This document shows, one piece after another, positions 11,870 to 23,837 of a stretch of DNA of 64,000 nt. Position 1 is the stretch's first letter; the number at the start of each line of letters is the position of its first letter. The position numbers were made by a program, and so were the translations under genes. A model generated the notes under the pieces. It was not told the origin of the DNA. It saw nothing but the letters and a program-made list of their open reading frames with translations, and ran no database searches. The stretch is from Felis catus (taxonomy: Eukaryota): assembly GCF_018350175.1 (NCBI RefSeq), contig NC_058382.1, positions 56,112,001-56,176,000 on the forward strand, read 5' to 3'.

Positions 11870-12234
11870 CAGCCTGCGTGATTGGATTATTCTGTGAGGC
11901 TGGAACACATTTTAAGAGTTGAAAGGAACATGGTAATGAAGACGCAATGCTGAGCAGCAAGGCAGCTACCCAAGGTGAAGTCCGTGAGCATCTTGATGCA
12001 ATTACACCAATGAAATCATGTCAGTAATTAGAGTCTGCAATGACAAGGTGCAGGATCGGCACAAGAAGTGAATTCCAATATGTGATTTCATGTTAATTTG
12101 ATCCCTGAGTGTGACTTTTGAGTCAGACCATCAGGAACCCTCATTTGTCTTTTGAGTCTTCTATTTATCAGAATCAATGTGTTTCAAAGGGAACTTTGTT
12201 TAAGAGAACCATTTTTCTGGCTCTTCTCTTATCT

Positions 12235-12237
12235 GTC

Positions 12238-12270
<33 letters not shown>
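12235..12270. repeat. (TC)n microsatellite followed by a T-rich tract
   Basis: Read directly from the sequence. Confidence 0.95.
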
Positions 12271-12273
<3 letters not shown>

Positions 12274-13310
12274 TTTCTTTCTTTTCTTTTTTCTTTTTTG
12301 CAAGTGGTTATCCCAAATGGCACGTATATTAACATGGGTGGGAATGTGAAACCACCCTGAGTATGGAAATTAATAGAGTTGGTATGCAAAGCAGGCCCAT
12401 AAATGTGATTGCTTCTGTAATCCTCGCGACACCAAACAGCTTTTAATTCACCGCTGAGAAGCTGGAAACAATCATACTTTGGGGAATCTTTTTAATTTAA
12501 ACCAGACCATACTGTACATTCCAATATCACAGTTTTGTGTGTATCTGTGTTTTTTTTTTTAATCCCCTAAGTAATTATGTGGGTTATGGTTGTTGGTTCT
12601 GTGTAAGCTAGTAAATGCTAAATGGAACCAGCTTGATTATCAATGATAGCACATTTAGGAAAAGTCAGTAATTTGGGAATTGAAGATATTTAAAATTATA
12701 TATATGAATTTGTGTGTAAATTGTTGGATCAGCAAAATCTGACTAGCTCCCCTCTCGGTGAAACTGTAGGTTCATATGTCTTCGTAGGGTTAAAAAAAAT
12801 TACGAAGAGTAGATCTGGTTTGGTACTTCTGAGTTCATCTCAAAGCAATTTACATAGACTGTTAATGAGTTAGGCCCTGAGAATAAGGTTAATTGTACCT
12901 AAATGAAGAAGAAAGTTTCCATAGACTCGAGAATGCCTACTGAATATTGTTTGGGAAAAATCTGGATTTCTAGAAGAAGTAGCAAAGTATTGCTCTGTTC
13001 TAGAGGAAAGGAAAAGTCCGGAGTATTGAAGAAGTTTCCCCCTAGCCAATGAACATTCCCCCTACTCTCTCCCTCCCTCTCCCTCTCCCCTCTCTCATTC
13101 TGTTTCATGGGTTTCCGTATGGTTTCTATCTCTTGAAAATGTGATTAACCAAGAAACTGGTGAGTGGTGGGTACTCTCAGAACGAAGGCCATATTGACAC
13201 AAGGCTAACGTCTGGGTGAAAATGGAAAAGAATCAAACAGAACCAGAACGCTAAAAAATACTTGAAGTTGTGTACTAAGATCCAGGAAATGGTTAGGATA
13301 ATTTTAGTGA

Positions 13311-13322
13311 CACACAGACACA

Positions 13323-13358
<36 letters not shown>

Positions 13359-13384
13359 TACACAGACACACACAGGCACACACA
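13311..13384. repeat. Imperfect (CA)n microsatellite
   Basis: Read directly from the sequence. Confidence 0.95.
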
Positions 13385-14914
13385 AAATTGATGTTTTAGG
13401 TAATAAAATTTTAGGTTAAAAGACACCAGGCTAGTAACGTCTCTTGAACTCCACTTACGGCATTTGTATTTTCCATTTTTCCTGTTTCTTTACAATACTT
13501 AAGAGCTTTGGTTTCCAATCATTATAAAGTTTGGTCTTGTAGAAGGTGTAAACACAGCATAATCAATCAGTTGATGTCTACACTTTTCACCATTCTGTAA
13601 AGTTGTCTGAAAGTCTTGTGTCCTTGCCTGACAGATGTATTATATCTGCTCATACCCCATACTTATATTCAACCAATTCTGTGTTCAGCTTTTAGCAGGC
13701 TATAGAGAATGTTTATTCTGTCCACGGCTTCCTGCTCTCTTTGTTCAGACAGTAATATTTCCTTTTATCCTTTTTCATCTTTTTCTTCAATTCTCAATGA
13801 CTTATCTTTTTCTCCTTTAACTGTTACTAATGGTCACCTCCATTCCTTTTATTTCCCTAATATTTTATTCACTGTTCACTCCAATACATCTTTCCTTCAG
13901 TTGTTCTAAAGCCTTTTATTTTCTTCACATCCAAATAACTCTTTATTCTACTCTCCTTTCCACTAACTAGACTTGCTTTCGTCTTTAAAAGGCCATTTTT
14001 CAACAAGCTTCTAGGATCAAAACATGGTGTCCCACTATTTCTTCTAATGTAACCAGGGGAGCTCTTTCATTGTATCTTTCACGGTGTGATGCAAAGCCCC
14101 CAACTCATGGTAACTTGGACAAAAGTTTCCTGCCTTCATCCCAGTCTTGAAAGATGAGCTGGGAAGATGTGGCTATTCCCTTTTTTTTTTTTTTTTTTTT
14201 TTTTTATGAGAAGTACAAGAAGAAGGGAGAGGACAGTTTAGAAGGCAGAAACTCAGGAGATATGTATTCAAGGCCTTTGTATTCAGGGAGGAATCTTTAA
14301 GGGGTTTGTGGTAAGGGTTCCCTCAAGGCCTCCAACGCCCTGAATTCTCTTAATGGGTTTGTGTTGTTGCTTGCTCATCTGCAACATGAAAATCATGTGA
14401 TTCTGGTACTCACCATCTTGAGCCCGTGATCTCTGAATAGGGATGCTGCTTATACGCTCCCAGTCGACACCCAGGCTTCAGAAGAGTAAGTGGCCTGGAA
14501 AACTGAGCAGCTACCAGCTGAGGTGGAAAAGGACCAAGTGATAAGCCCCTGACTATTCTGTGTTCTGCAAAATTACAGAACAGACTATTCTGCCCTGGCC
14601 GCATCAGCTCAGACACATCTTCCTAGCATTATGGAGAGATCTCTGATCATCGAGGTAGCTAGGGGAACCATACTCATGACCCTCCAGCTTCAATTATGGG
14701 TTGTCTCCAGCTTCCAGTGTCCAGAAAGGACACCCCATTGGCCATCCAGGCGCTATCAGGCCAACACTTTCCTGCCTCTTCTTGTTCATTCTTCCTCGAT
14801 CACTTATTGTGGACCACAGACACACACAAACACACAGACACACAGACACAGTTACACACAGATAAATTGCTGCATCTGAGTTACAAGCCATACAATTACA
14901 CTTTTAATCATCAA

Positions 14915-15226
14915 CCTGCACTAGTTAGAATAGGCCTGGTATCAAACAACTCCAGTGAGCTAACACAATGAAAGTTTATTTCTCATTCAGGTCATGAGGA
15001 TACAGGTTGGGCTACTTCTTGGGTAGCTCTACTCCAAGTGTCTGCCCTCCACACAGGAACTTGAGGACTCAGGCTGCTTCCAAGTTGGTCCTACCATTCT
15101 GAGCCTTCCAGTCATTCTTATGTCACTTGGCTGGGGACAAGAGAAAGTATGGGAGAAACACAGGTTTAGCCACTTTAGCTCAAAAGTGACCCGCAATTTC
15201 TGTTCATACTCTATTTGCCAGTCATG
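14915..15226 (-). mobile_element. Old MaLR LTR (MLT1K/L-like)
   Basis: acacaatgaaagtttatttctcattca...gaggactcaggctgcttcc...aagtgacccgcaatttctgttcatactctattt. Confidence 0.55.
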
Positions 15227-16048
15227 TTAAGGCTGGGCTGGCCATGAGCAAGTCATCTGAACCCTCTGAGTTTTTGATGATCTCATCTAAGAAGGATAGT
15301 AGCGGTTCTTACTTTTAGAATTGGTGATTATCGATGAAGAAATGTGTAAAATGCATTGAAAATGCAATGAATAAATTAAAGCTGCAATTATTATTACTGT
15401 CACTATTGCTATTGTTGCTGCTATGGTTGTTATTATTACTGTTATTCATGGACCTTAGATGGGTTCAATTTCCCTACAGTGACTATCTAATCCAGGCATT
15501 ATAGAAGGCAAATCATGGGCATTAAAAATCTGAAGCAGTGAGTGATTTTTAAGATTTGAACTCTATGAACCAATAGAACTTTTTTTAAATCTTGGGTTGA
15601 TTAAAACATATTTTTAAACAATTTTTCTAAACCTGGATATGAAAAAAGAGAAAAAAAAAGAAAGCAGATAGTTGAGATAGAGGGAGAATACTACCATTTA
15701 CTTTAGTAAAAATGTTCTTTTGAAAGGTCATTTGGAAAAACATAAAAATAAAATAAAAGATCATTTGGCCTCAAAAAACAAACAAAACAGGAATGAGGAC
15801 TAATTACAGCAGAGAAGGCAGTTCTTTAATATGCATAAATCTTCCTTTGTAAGAGAATGTGCCAAAGGTTCTTATTTACCTCATTTTGTTGGGAGATCAC
15901 ATATCAAAAGCATTAGGTTGATGTTCTTTTTTTACTCTTGACTTTTATGATATTGTTCTGAAGTTTCAATATGTTCATTTTTCTACAAAGGCACGGATAA
16001 GTCTTAAGTGATTTCCTTATGACAGGCTGTATGCCTACACTGTCAGCA

Positions 16049-16054
<6 letters not shown>

Positions 16055-16085
<31 letters not shown>
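16055..16085. repeat. (GA)n microsatellite
   Basis: Read directly from the sequence. Confidence 0.95.
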
Positions 16086-16086
<1 letters not shown>

Positions 16087-16179
16087 ATTTCTGGAAAATG
16101 TAAGAAAGTATGCATACCTTAGGAACAGATGTTGGGATTTGCAAAAGCGTCATGGGTGTTGACCAGTGTGTGTGGAGTG

Positions 16180-16345
16180 CCCCCTTGAACCTCATAACAG
16201 GCCTTATGGGACAAAATACTCTCATGTGCCCATTTTAGAGGTAAGGGTACTAAGGCTGGGGTAGGCAAAGCAATTTACCCAAGATCATATCACTCATATT
16301 TGTCAGTGTCAAGATTTGAACCCAGGATTTCAGTCCCATGGTTCT
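16180..16345 (-). mobile_element. MIR SINE
   Basis: cccattttagaggtaagggtactaaggct...tttacccaagatcat...agatttgaacccagg. Confidence 0.8.
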
Positions 16346-17764
16346 TATCCATAGTTCTCTGGTCTAGTCTGTTGTAGTTTTTGTTGATGTTAAGGGTGGC
16401 ACATCAAAGAAATTTGCCCCTTAATTTCCCTATCTACATTCATCAGCCTGTTTGAGACAGAGAATTTCTACTGTGTTGTATTTTTTCTGTTCATAACCAA
16501 GTTTCATTTTTCCTCTGTAATATTAAAAAAAATACAAAAAAGTACCTCTTTTTCCTTGTTTATAATGGATCCAGTTAGTACCAGATTGTCCACGACCTGC
16601 ACTCCTGGCTTTCCACCCTCCCTATGAGTTTCTTTCACCAGGACACTGGTTGGTCATGCCACCTTGACATTGACCTTGGTTAGTAGCCGGGTCATCCATG
16701 GAGTGCATGGTGTTGCATTAATCATATTTGTACTTAACATACATGAGTCATGGCTTTTGAGGGTGTTTTTAATTGACTATAAATCAAACAGGGAACTTGA
16801 AAAATGAAGGCAATTAATGAAAAAGCAATGTGAGAGGTGTTTTGCATCCTAAGGTAGGAAATACATCGCCAGTGAATTAAATGTCAAAACAAAGGCCCTT
16901 TTGACCCTGCTGAAAAGATTTCATTTGGATGGTAATGAATGGATGAACTTTCCAACCTGGCAGGTGGAGAAAATGCCTGCTTCCTGAGTTCAAGCTCACT
17001 TGGGCTTTTATGTGTCCATATTCTCTGTCTTTTATGTGTCTATATTCTTGTGAACTTCCCAAGCTCTTTTATTTTTGTTTTTAGTTTTTGTGATTAAAAT
17101 AAAAACAACGATAATTTATTTTCCATTTTCTGATTGTATTTTGCACTACTGACTCATATTTTCCCTCAAGTTGGGAGATTAATTAAATGATTAATGAAAT
17201 ACTTGACCATCCCCTGTACAGCATTTTGGATAGATCTGAATATGGTTAGAGTTTCAAGTGGTATATTTATTTAAGCTTTTGGGATATGCCAACAAATATT
17301 ACTCTGAGGCCACTCAATTCACTCCACATTATGAAGGTGACTATACTTTGGGTCAGAATGTGGACTCCTGTTTACATTAATGAGAGTTGTTCCTATATTT
17401 AAATAGAATCATATAGGGATGTAGTATTTGTATGGGTTTGCTCTTCCACCCCATCAACATATTTGTGACAATCTCATAATCATTCAATTAATATTATTAA
17501 AGTCTTCATAAATATATTAACTACCTCATTTTATAAATGTAAGGTGATATAGTAAATACAGAATAAAAGGGACACAAACCTTGTGTTCTTGGAGAAGGCT
17601 ATAATGAAGTGCTTAGAGATCCTTCCGTTGAACTCGGGCGCTACGTTGTGCTTTGAAGAGTAGGAAACATATGAAGTAATGGAGTGGGGCCCAATCAGGT
17701 GAGGAATCTAATGCAGATGGGCTCCTGTAGTTTTCTTATCAGCAGAATGGAAGAAATAAACAGG

Positions 17765-18308
17765 CTGGAGGAATCACACTGTCAGCCCTGGGCTAAATTT
17801 GCCCCACAGATAGGTCCTGTCTGGCTGCTCAGTGTGGAAGTGTTTAGCGAAAAATATTTAATGAAAAGAATTTGTTGTCAACATTGAGAATTTCACTTTT
17901 TAAAAATTCATAACTTCTGGGAAGATTAGGCCTGGAGAATACAGATCCCAGAGGCAGGCTGCCTGGGTTCAAATCCAAGGTCGGCTCATTATCAGCTAAG
18001 TAATTTGGGCAAGTTAGAGGAACACAAAAAACTCATTGTGCCTCAGCTTCCTCATTTGTAAAATGAGTATTATAATGGTGGTAACCTCTATAGGTTGCTC
18101 TGAGGATTAAATATTAATCTATCTAAAGGGCTCTGAATAGTGGCTGGCCTATAGAAAGCACTAGAATATTAGCTGCCAGAAGTAGTGTAGTGATAATAGT
18201 ATCTGAGATCTTCCCTGTGCCCCTCCAGTCTCTGCTGTCCTCTTATCATCCAGTCGGCTTCCTCGTTCATTCTGCCTGCCCCTTATAGGCATCTAAATTC
18301 ACTCCATG
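17765..18308 (-). mobile_element. hAT-Charlie MITE, MER102-like, split by a MIR
   Basis: Left part gggctaaatttgccccacagataggtcctgtctggc. Right part ctgcctgccccttataggcatctaaattc matches the reverse of the MER102 5' end. Confidence 0.55.
17935..18175 (+). mobile_element. MIR SINE (near full length)
   Basis: gcctgggttcaaatcc...gtgcctcagcttcctcatttgtaaaatg...tgaggattaaa...gcctatagaaagcact. Confidence 0.9.
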
Positions 18309-18310
18309 AA

Positions 18311-18438
18311 GGGGCACCTGGCTGGCTCAGTTGGTAGAGCATGAGACATTAGATCTCGGGGTTGTGAGTTCAAGCCCCACAGTGGGGGGGAGGGGGGCAG
18401 GCTGTACTTAAGATAATATTTTTAAAAATCTTAAAAAA
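18311..18438 (+). mobile_element. Short tRNA-Lys-derived carnivore SINE lacking the (CT)n segment
   Basis: ggggcacctggctggctcagttggtagagcatgagac...gagttcaagcccca with A/B boxes and an A-rich tail. Perfect 16-bp TSD aaattcactccatgaa at 18295-18310 and 18439-18454. Confidence 0.9.
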
Positions 18439-18930
18439 AAATTCACTCCATGAAATCACCATTGTCCCCAGTACTGGTGTATGGATTGAATGATGTGCCA
18501 CAAAGACCAACCACATGTGTTGTTTTTATCAAACCACTGCTGTTACTGACAGTAACTGTTCTTGGTGGTCAGAGAAGCAGAAGACAATGCTGAGTGATGG
18601 GAGGGTATGGGCTGGCTGGCATTGGCTGAGATTTTGAAATCTATTTTCAATGTTTTGAATCATCAATACACATAATGTGTGAAAAGGAGTACCATGTGTT
18701 CAGACAGTGTGACTGGCTTTCTAGAAGTTCAGATGAGAAAGGAGATGAGAAAGAAGAGTGGGGAAACATGGGCTGTCATGGAGCCACCTGCAAAGTTCTC
18801 AGATGGAGGTGGTTGGGCGGTATATCTGAGGAGATGTGGGAGCATGACCGAGGAGGACATATAAACAAAGTAAGGGTGGGAACAGAGCCCCAGAGAAATC
18901 CAAGGGTCTAGACTAGGGAAGCCATATAGT

Positions 18931-19000
18931 TTTTTTTTAAGGTTATTTATTTATTTATTTTGAGAGACAGAGCAAGAGGGGAGGGTCAGAGAGAGAGAGA

Positions 19001-19044
<44 letters not shown>

Positions 19045-19158
19045 CCCAAGCAGGTTCCAAGCTGTTAGCCCAGAGCCCAGTGCGGGGCTCGAGCTCACGA
19101 ACCACGAGAACAAAACCAAGAGTTGGATGCTTAACCGACTGAGCCACCCAGGTTCCCC
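18931..19158 (-). mobile_element. Can-SINE (SINEC_Fc2-like) with expanded (GA)n
   Basis: gagaatcccaagcaggttcc...gactgagccacccaggttcccc. Confidence 0.95.
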
Positions 19159-19267
19159 TAGAAGTTTTCTAAAAGAAATGAATAATTAGTTGAGTCTATC
19201 CCAGCTCACTGACTTGTGTGACCCCTTTACTCTCTGCACCTCTGTTTCCCCATTTGCATAATAAGGG

Positions 19268-19758
19268 TATATCAGTCTCATTATAGCAGGGCTGTTTGGG
19301 CTGTGATCCAAAGTAACCCAACTCCACCTGGCATTAGCAAAAACATATAAAATTATCAGCTCACATGACTGAGATCTTTGAGGCTTGAACTTGCTTCAGG
19401 AACATCAGGATCTAGAGGCTCTGATGATGTCATCAGTATCACCCTTCTGCCCTCAGTTCTGCTTTCTCTAGTGTTGGTAGCCTTCACTCTCAGAGGTCAC
19501 TTGCCTCCAAGATGGTGACCAGAATCCTCAGGATTTCCTTCTCTCATTTTAACAACTTGAAACATCTCTTTTCCAAGTGCTTCAGCAAACATCTCCTGGC
19601 TAAGTCTTCTGGTCCACTTGGGCTCACGCACCTATACCTGAGCCAGTCACACTGTCAAGAGATTTTGGTATTTCTGCTGGCCAGGACTGGGGAAATGGAG
19701 ATGCTGTTCCCTGAAGGAAAGGGGCAATGCTGGGCTGGCAAAAAACAAGAGTCCACCG
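19268..19758 (-). mobile_element. Old MaLR LTR (MLT1K-like)
   Basis: aacccaactccacctggcattagcaaaaa...cttcaggaacatcaggatctagaggctc...tgagccagtcac...ggaaatgg. Confidence 0.7.
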
Positions 19759-20475
19759 TGAGGGCGTTTTACTCTGCTGCTAAGGCCCTTTTGAGCACCA
19801 GCATTCCATGACGGCAGGCTGTGCCCAAGTTTAAGAATTTGTAGAAGCCAGCATACACACACACACATGGAAATGTTCTCAGGTGGCAGGGAATGAGGAT
19901 CACTCTCACCCCAGGTTGCTCACTGGTGGTGCTGGTGAGCAGATTGCCTAATTAAGACTGTCAAATCCAATGTGATGCCATATGGCCTCCCTCTTCAACC
20001 TGTTGAGTGTCTTTGCTCACATGGTTCTGGAGCTGATGTAAATCTCTTTTATTTCTGCTTTTCTTCAAGGGAGTAAGAACACAGGAACATACGGATGTTG
20101 CAGGAGCATCTCCTAATTCAAGGTATTAGAACCACATGAATCGGGCTGCTTAATGAGTAAGGCATCAAAACATAAACTGGGAAAGATGAAGCATGGCTTT
20201 CTGAAAAGGCAGAAGATCTTATTATCCTGTAATAGGCCAAATCTACACACATTCTGATCATTGTGGTGCCCTCTGTCCTTTTCATGTTAATTTTCACGAA
20301 ATTTTTGTTGTCTTGAAAGTGAGAGGACAAGAGGTGGAAATACTTGCCAGTCAAAATATCCCCAAGCATTTTTTTTTTTTTTTTTTTTTTTTTTGTATTT
20401 GGCCAACTTCACATTTTCCTTCTGGAGACAGAAATAGGATATAAGAAAGGAAATGATATACGTGGATTCCCAACT

Positions 20476-20890
20476 ATTCATTTAATTAATGATTTAAGAA
20501 ACACAGAATGGTCACCTACCTTATGCCAGGCCCTGTACTAGATGTAAGGGATAAAACTGAACTAGAGTAAAAAAGATGTCTCCTGTGTTGTCACTTTCAT
20601 TCTTGTGGAAACAGAGGTACAGACAGGATAAGAATAAACTCCTAAGAACACAGGAAAACAATATGTGAAAATCTGATGAAGAATACTATGGAGGAAATAA
20701 GACACAGGCATATGGTGGAGATTCACGATGGAGATTTTTGGATGGCTGCTGTAGAATGGGCTGCCGAGGAGTTTTCTCTGGGAACCTGAGCCTGTGTTAT
20801 GAGCAGGGAGACTGGGCCGGTGAACCTTTAGGTAGAGGGACCACATAAGTCAAGAGCCCTAAGATGAGAATAGGTCTTTCAGTTTGAGAT
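20476..20890 (-). mobile_element. L2 3' fragment (L2a-like)
   Basis: cacctaccttatgccaggccctgtactagatg...ggtagagggaccacataagtcaagagccctaagatgagaa. Confidence 0.75.
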
Positions 20891-20914
20891 TCTCTGATCC
20901 AGGAAAGGGGCTAC

Positions 20915-21055
20915 TATTTTATCCATTTAATCAAATCAGCTACTCTGTAAGATAGGATTATAAACCCCATTTTATAGATGAGGGCGTGAAGGTTGGTTAA
21001 AGGATCCAGTATCTTAGAAAATGGTGAAAAACATGCTCTGATCTTCTGACTCTGT
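20915..21055 (-). mobile_element. MIR fragment
   Basis: attataaaccccattttatagatgagg. Confidence 0.7.
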
Positions 21056-21184
21056 GTGTTCTCTCCACATGAAAAGCTATGCTCAGTGTCCTCCCACAGA
21101 AGCACCCCCATCCCCTTTTTTTTGAGAATAGATCGGGGTGACCCTGAGAGCCTCATAGGGCTGACGTGAGGGTGCCTGCATTGG

Positions 21185-21350
21185 ATTGCTTAGTTCCATC
21201 ACTTACAGTGGTGACATTCTCAGCCAACCTCTCAGCTCCTCAGTTTCCTCATCTGTAAAACAGTAGTAATGTTTTGCGGGTTGATCAAGATAACACAGGT
21301 AGGTGTTAGGACAGTGCCAACGACATGCAAGCTCTATATAAAGGTTGGCA
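21185..21350 (+). mobile_element. MIR fragment
   Basis: cctcagtttcctcatctgtaaaa...acagtgccaacgacat. Confidence 0.75.
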
Positions 21351-21353
21351 TAC

Positions 21354-21534
21354 ATATTTTTTTAATTTTTAAATTTTATTGTAGAGAGGTGGGGAGGGAC
21401 AGAGGGAAAGAGAATCCAAGCAGACTCCATGCTCAACGTGGAGTCGACTTGGCTCCATCCCACGACCCTGGGATTATGACCTTAGCCAAAATCATGAGTC
21501 AGATGCTCAACTGACTGAGCCAACCAGGTGCCCC
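21354..21534 (-). mobile_element. Can-SINE
   Basis: Ends caggtgcccc. TSD taaaggttgg(c/t)ata at 21339 and 21535. Confidence 0.92.
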
Positions 21535-21754
21535 TAAAGGTTGGTATATTTTATCATTTGAAGGAATAAGGCCAGGGAGGTGAATGTCTATAGAATGATG
21601 CTGTTGGAACAGGCAGCACCAGCATCTACCAAAGGTGGCACAGATACCAAAGCTTGGCTCCTTTGAAATAGAACGCGGTTTCTTCCTACTTCCTCCGGGT
21701 CTCCCTTTTAGATACTTTCATGTTCTCAGGGTATGTGCCATCACACCCAGCCCC

Positions 21755-21756
<2 letters not shown>

Positions 21757-21810
<54 letters not shown>

Positions 21811-21816
21811 CACACA
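21757..21816. repeat. (CA)n microsatellite, about 30 units
   Basis: Read directly from the sequence. Confidence 0.97.
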
Positions 21817-21894
21817 CTGCTGCCTCATGCTTGGTCTCTTTGGGCTAAATGTTAAAAGGATGCTCCCAAGAAGCATTTGAGAAGTGATTCCTCC

Positions 21895-22148
21895 CAGCCT
21901 TAAATCAGATGTGTTTTGCAATTCAGGGAGTTAATAAATTGCATATGCTGTACATTACACAGCTCCACCAGGGGGTTATGGGGCAATGCTGTGTAATAAA
22001 ACAGATATTTTTGCGGCAAAACATATGACTATTTACCCAAAGCAGGATAAATAAGGACCATCACATCAATTCAGGTTGGGTTTTGTGCCAAATGAGTTAT
22101 GAAAACACTTTTGGTATGCCGAGCCTCCTGGATTTCAGAAATGCAAAA
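21895..22148 (-). mobile_element. TcMar-Tigger MITE, MER46C-like
   Basis: cagatgtgttttgcaattcag...aaacatatgactatttac...ttcaggttgggttttgtgccaaatgagtt...tggatttcagaaatgc. Confidence 0.65.
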
Positions 22149-22429
22149 CTACTCCTTAGGAGAAGATTCCCTTGAAACATTGCAGACCTCAATTCTGCTA
22201 AAACATCCGGCTGGCCTCTTCACATGCCAGCTGCTTCTGGGGGCAGTGGAGTGTGGTAGCAGCTCAGACTCCAGGTTCTAGCTGCCCCCCACAATCCCGT
22301 TCCTCCTTGTGAGCAACTTTGTAAATGATGTCTTGGCAGGCCACCCCTGAAAAGTGGCCAACCGCTGCACCAGACTATTTCATTCTAATTTGAAGCCAAA
22401 ATAGTTGTCAGCCATCCAGGTTCCTCCTA

Positions 22430-22670
22430 ACTGTGCATGTCAGCTGATTCTGGAGCCCTCCCAGAGGATCTATTTTTAGCTAAAAGTGGTTTTAATTGTC
22501 ATATGTATACATTAAATCCACGGGAGGTGGGGGGACTTTCCAAATAAGGAACATTGATTCTGAATAACATGAAAGAAATAATTAGTGCTTGAAAAACAGT
22601 TCAAAATATGAGTCAAAACCTCTAAGGAATACGGTTAGCGCTGCATTTTTCAGTGGAAGGAAGTTTGCCG
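22430..22670. promoter_or_regulatory. Candidate intronic enhancer (E-box, MEF2, NF-kB, CArG, AP-1, ETS)
   Basis: CAGCTG 22441-22446, CTATTTTTAG 22470-22479, GGGACTTTCC 22532-22541 overlapping CCAAATAAGG 22540-22549, TGAGTCA 22609-22615, AGGAAGT 22658-22664. The sequence is apparently non-repetitive. Confidence 0.4.
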
Positions 22671-23837
22671 GATTAAAAACAGAAAGCGAGGGTGAGTAGG
22701 GATGAACCAGGCCAGAAGAAGGATCCAGATTCACATTCTAGGCACTGAGGAAGGGGACAAGACTAGGGGGTTCTGAAATAGAGAGCAACTGGGATTGTCA
22801 GGTGGGTACCCATGGGCATGTGGCCCAGTGGCCATCCACTCCTAGTGTCCAGTGGGGCACAGAGGGCACGGGCTAGAACCAAGTCCTTGCCACACTCACG
22901 AGGGATGGGGAAAGGGCAACAGCCCTTAGGAAAAGGCATGGGAACAGCTCTGATCAAGCTTCCAGGCGTTTTGTTTATTTTGGAGCAAGGCAGTTCTGGG
23001 GTGGGTAAGACCTAAGATCAAGATGTATGTAAATTTTTTTTAATGTCCTAAGTTGCCTGCTTTACTTTTGGGGCAGGCCCATTCAAACTTTTTGTTTTCA
23101 TCAGGTACATTTTTGATCAGGCACTTCTCTGTAGTGGGTATTCTCTCTTTGTGTACCTAAGGAGAGGTTAAAGAGTTCTGTGTTACGAAACACTTTGTCA
23201 GCTGTAATTACAATTCAGTGACTTGATCAGTTCTGATGAATCGCGACCAACTCAAGACTTTAAAGAAAAGGAGTTAATGGGAGGAAGCTGTGGAGCTCAC
23301 AGGTTCATCCAAAGCCCCAAATGAGAAGACCTCAAAAAGGACAGGAAGTAAAGAAGTTTCGAGAGGTTCAGCAACAGGAACTCAGAGTTTAGGACAGTGC
23401 TTTTCAAACCTGCTATAGTGAGAGATTGTTTTTTGTTTCAATGCACCACAGACTGTTCCTTTTGCAATCAATCAGTCAATGAATCAATCAATAAAAGAGC
23501 TGTGAAAATATAATTTTCAACAAATTAAAAACGTGACTCATGCAGAAATACAAGGTGAATACAGGGCCAAACTCACCAGTTAAAAAGCGCTCTAAGGCAG
23601 GTCAAAGAACATTGTAGGATCTAGGTATCTGTGGTGATTTAATCAGGAGGAAATGTTAGCATCAGTTTGCTGGTTCACATACAGAGCTGGCTAATGTCCT
23701 ACAGGGCAGGAAACTATAACCTTTGGAGTTATCTTTTCTGCTTAACATTATTGGCATCTCTACTATACAGAGATCTACAAATCAACATGTAATTTCACTG
23801 AGTCTGCAACCTTCAATAAGTAGTAAACAATGAGGCG

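Noticed and set aside
18311..18385. Possible tRNA-Lys gene
   Set aside because: It has a TSD, an A-rich tail and a mutated anticodon arm and 3' stem, so it is a retroposed SINE.
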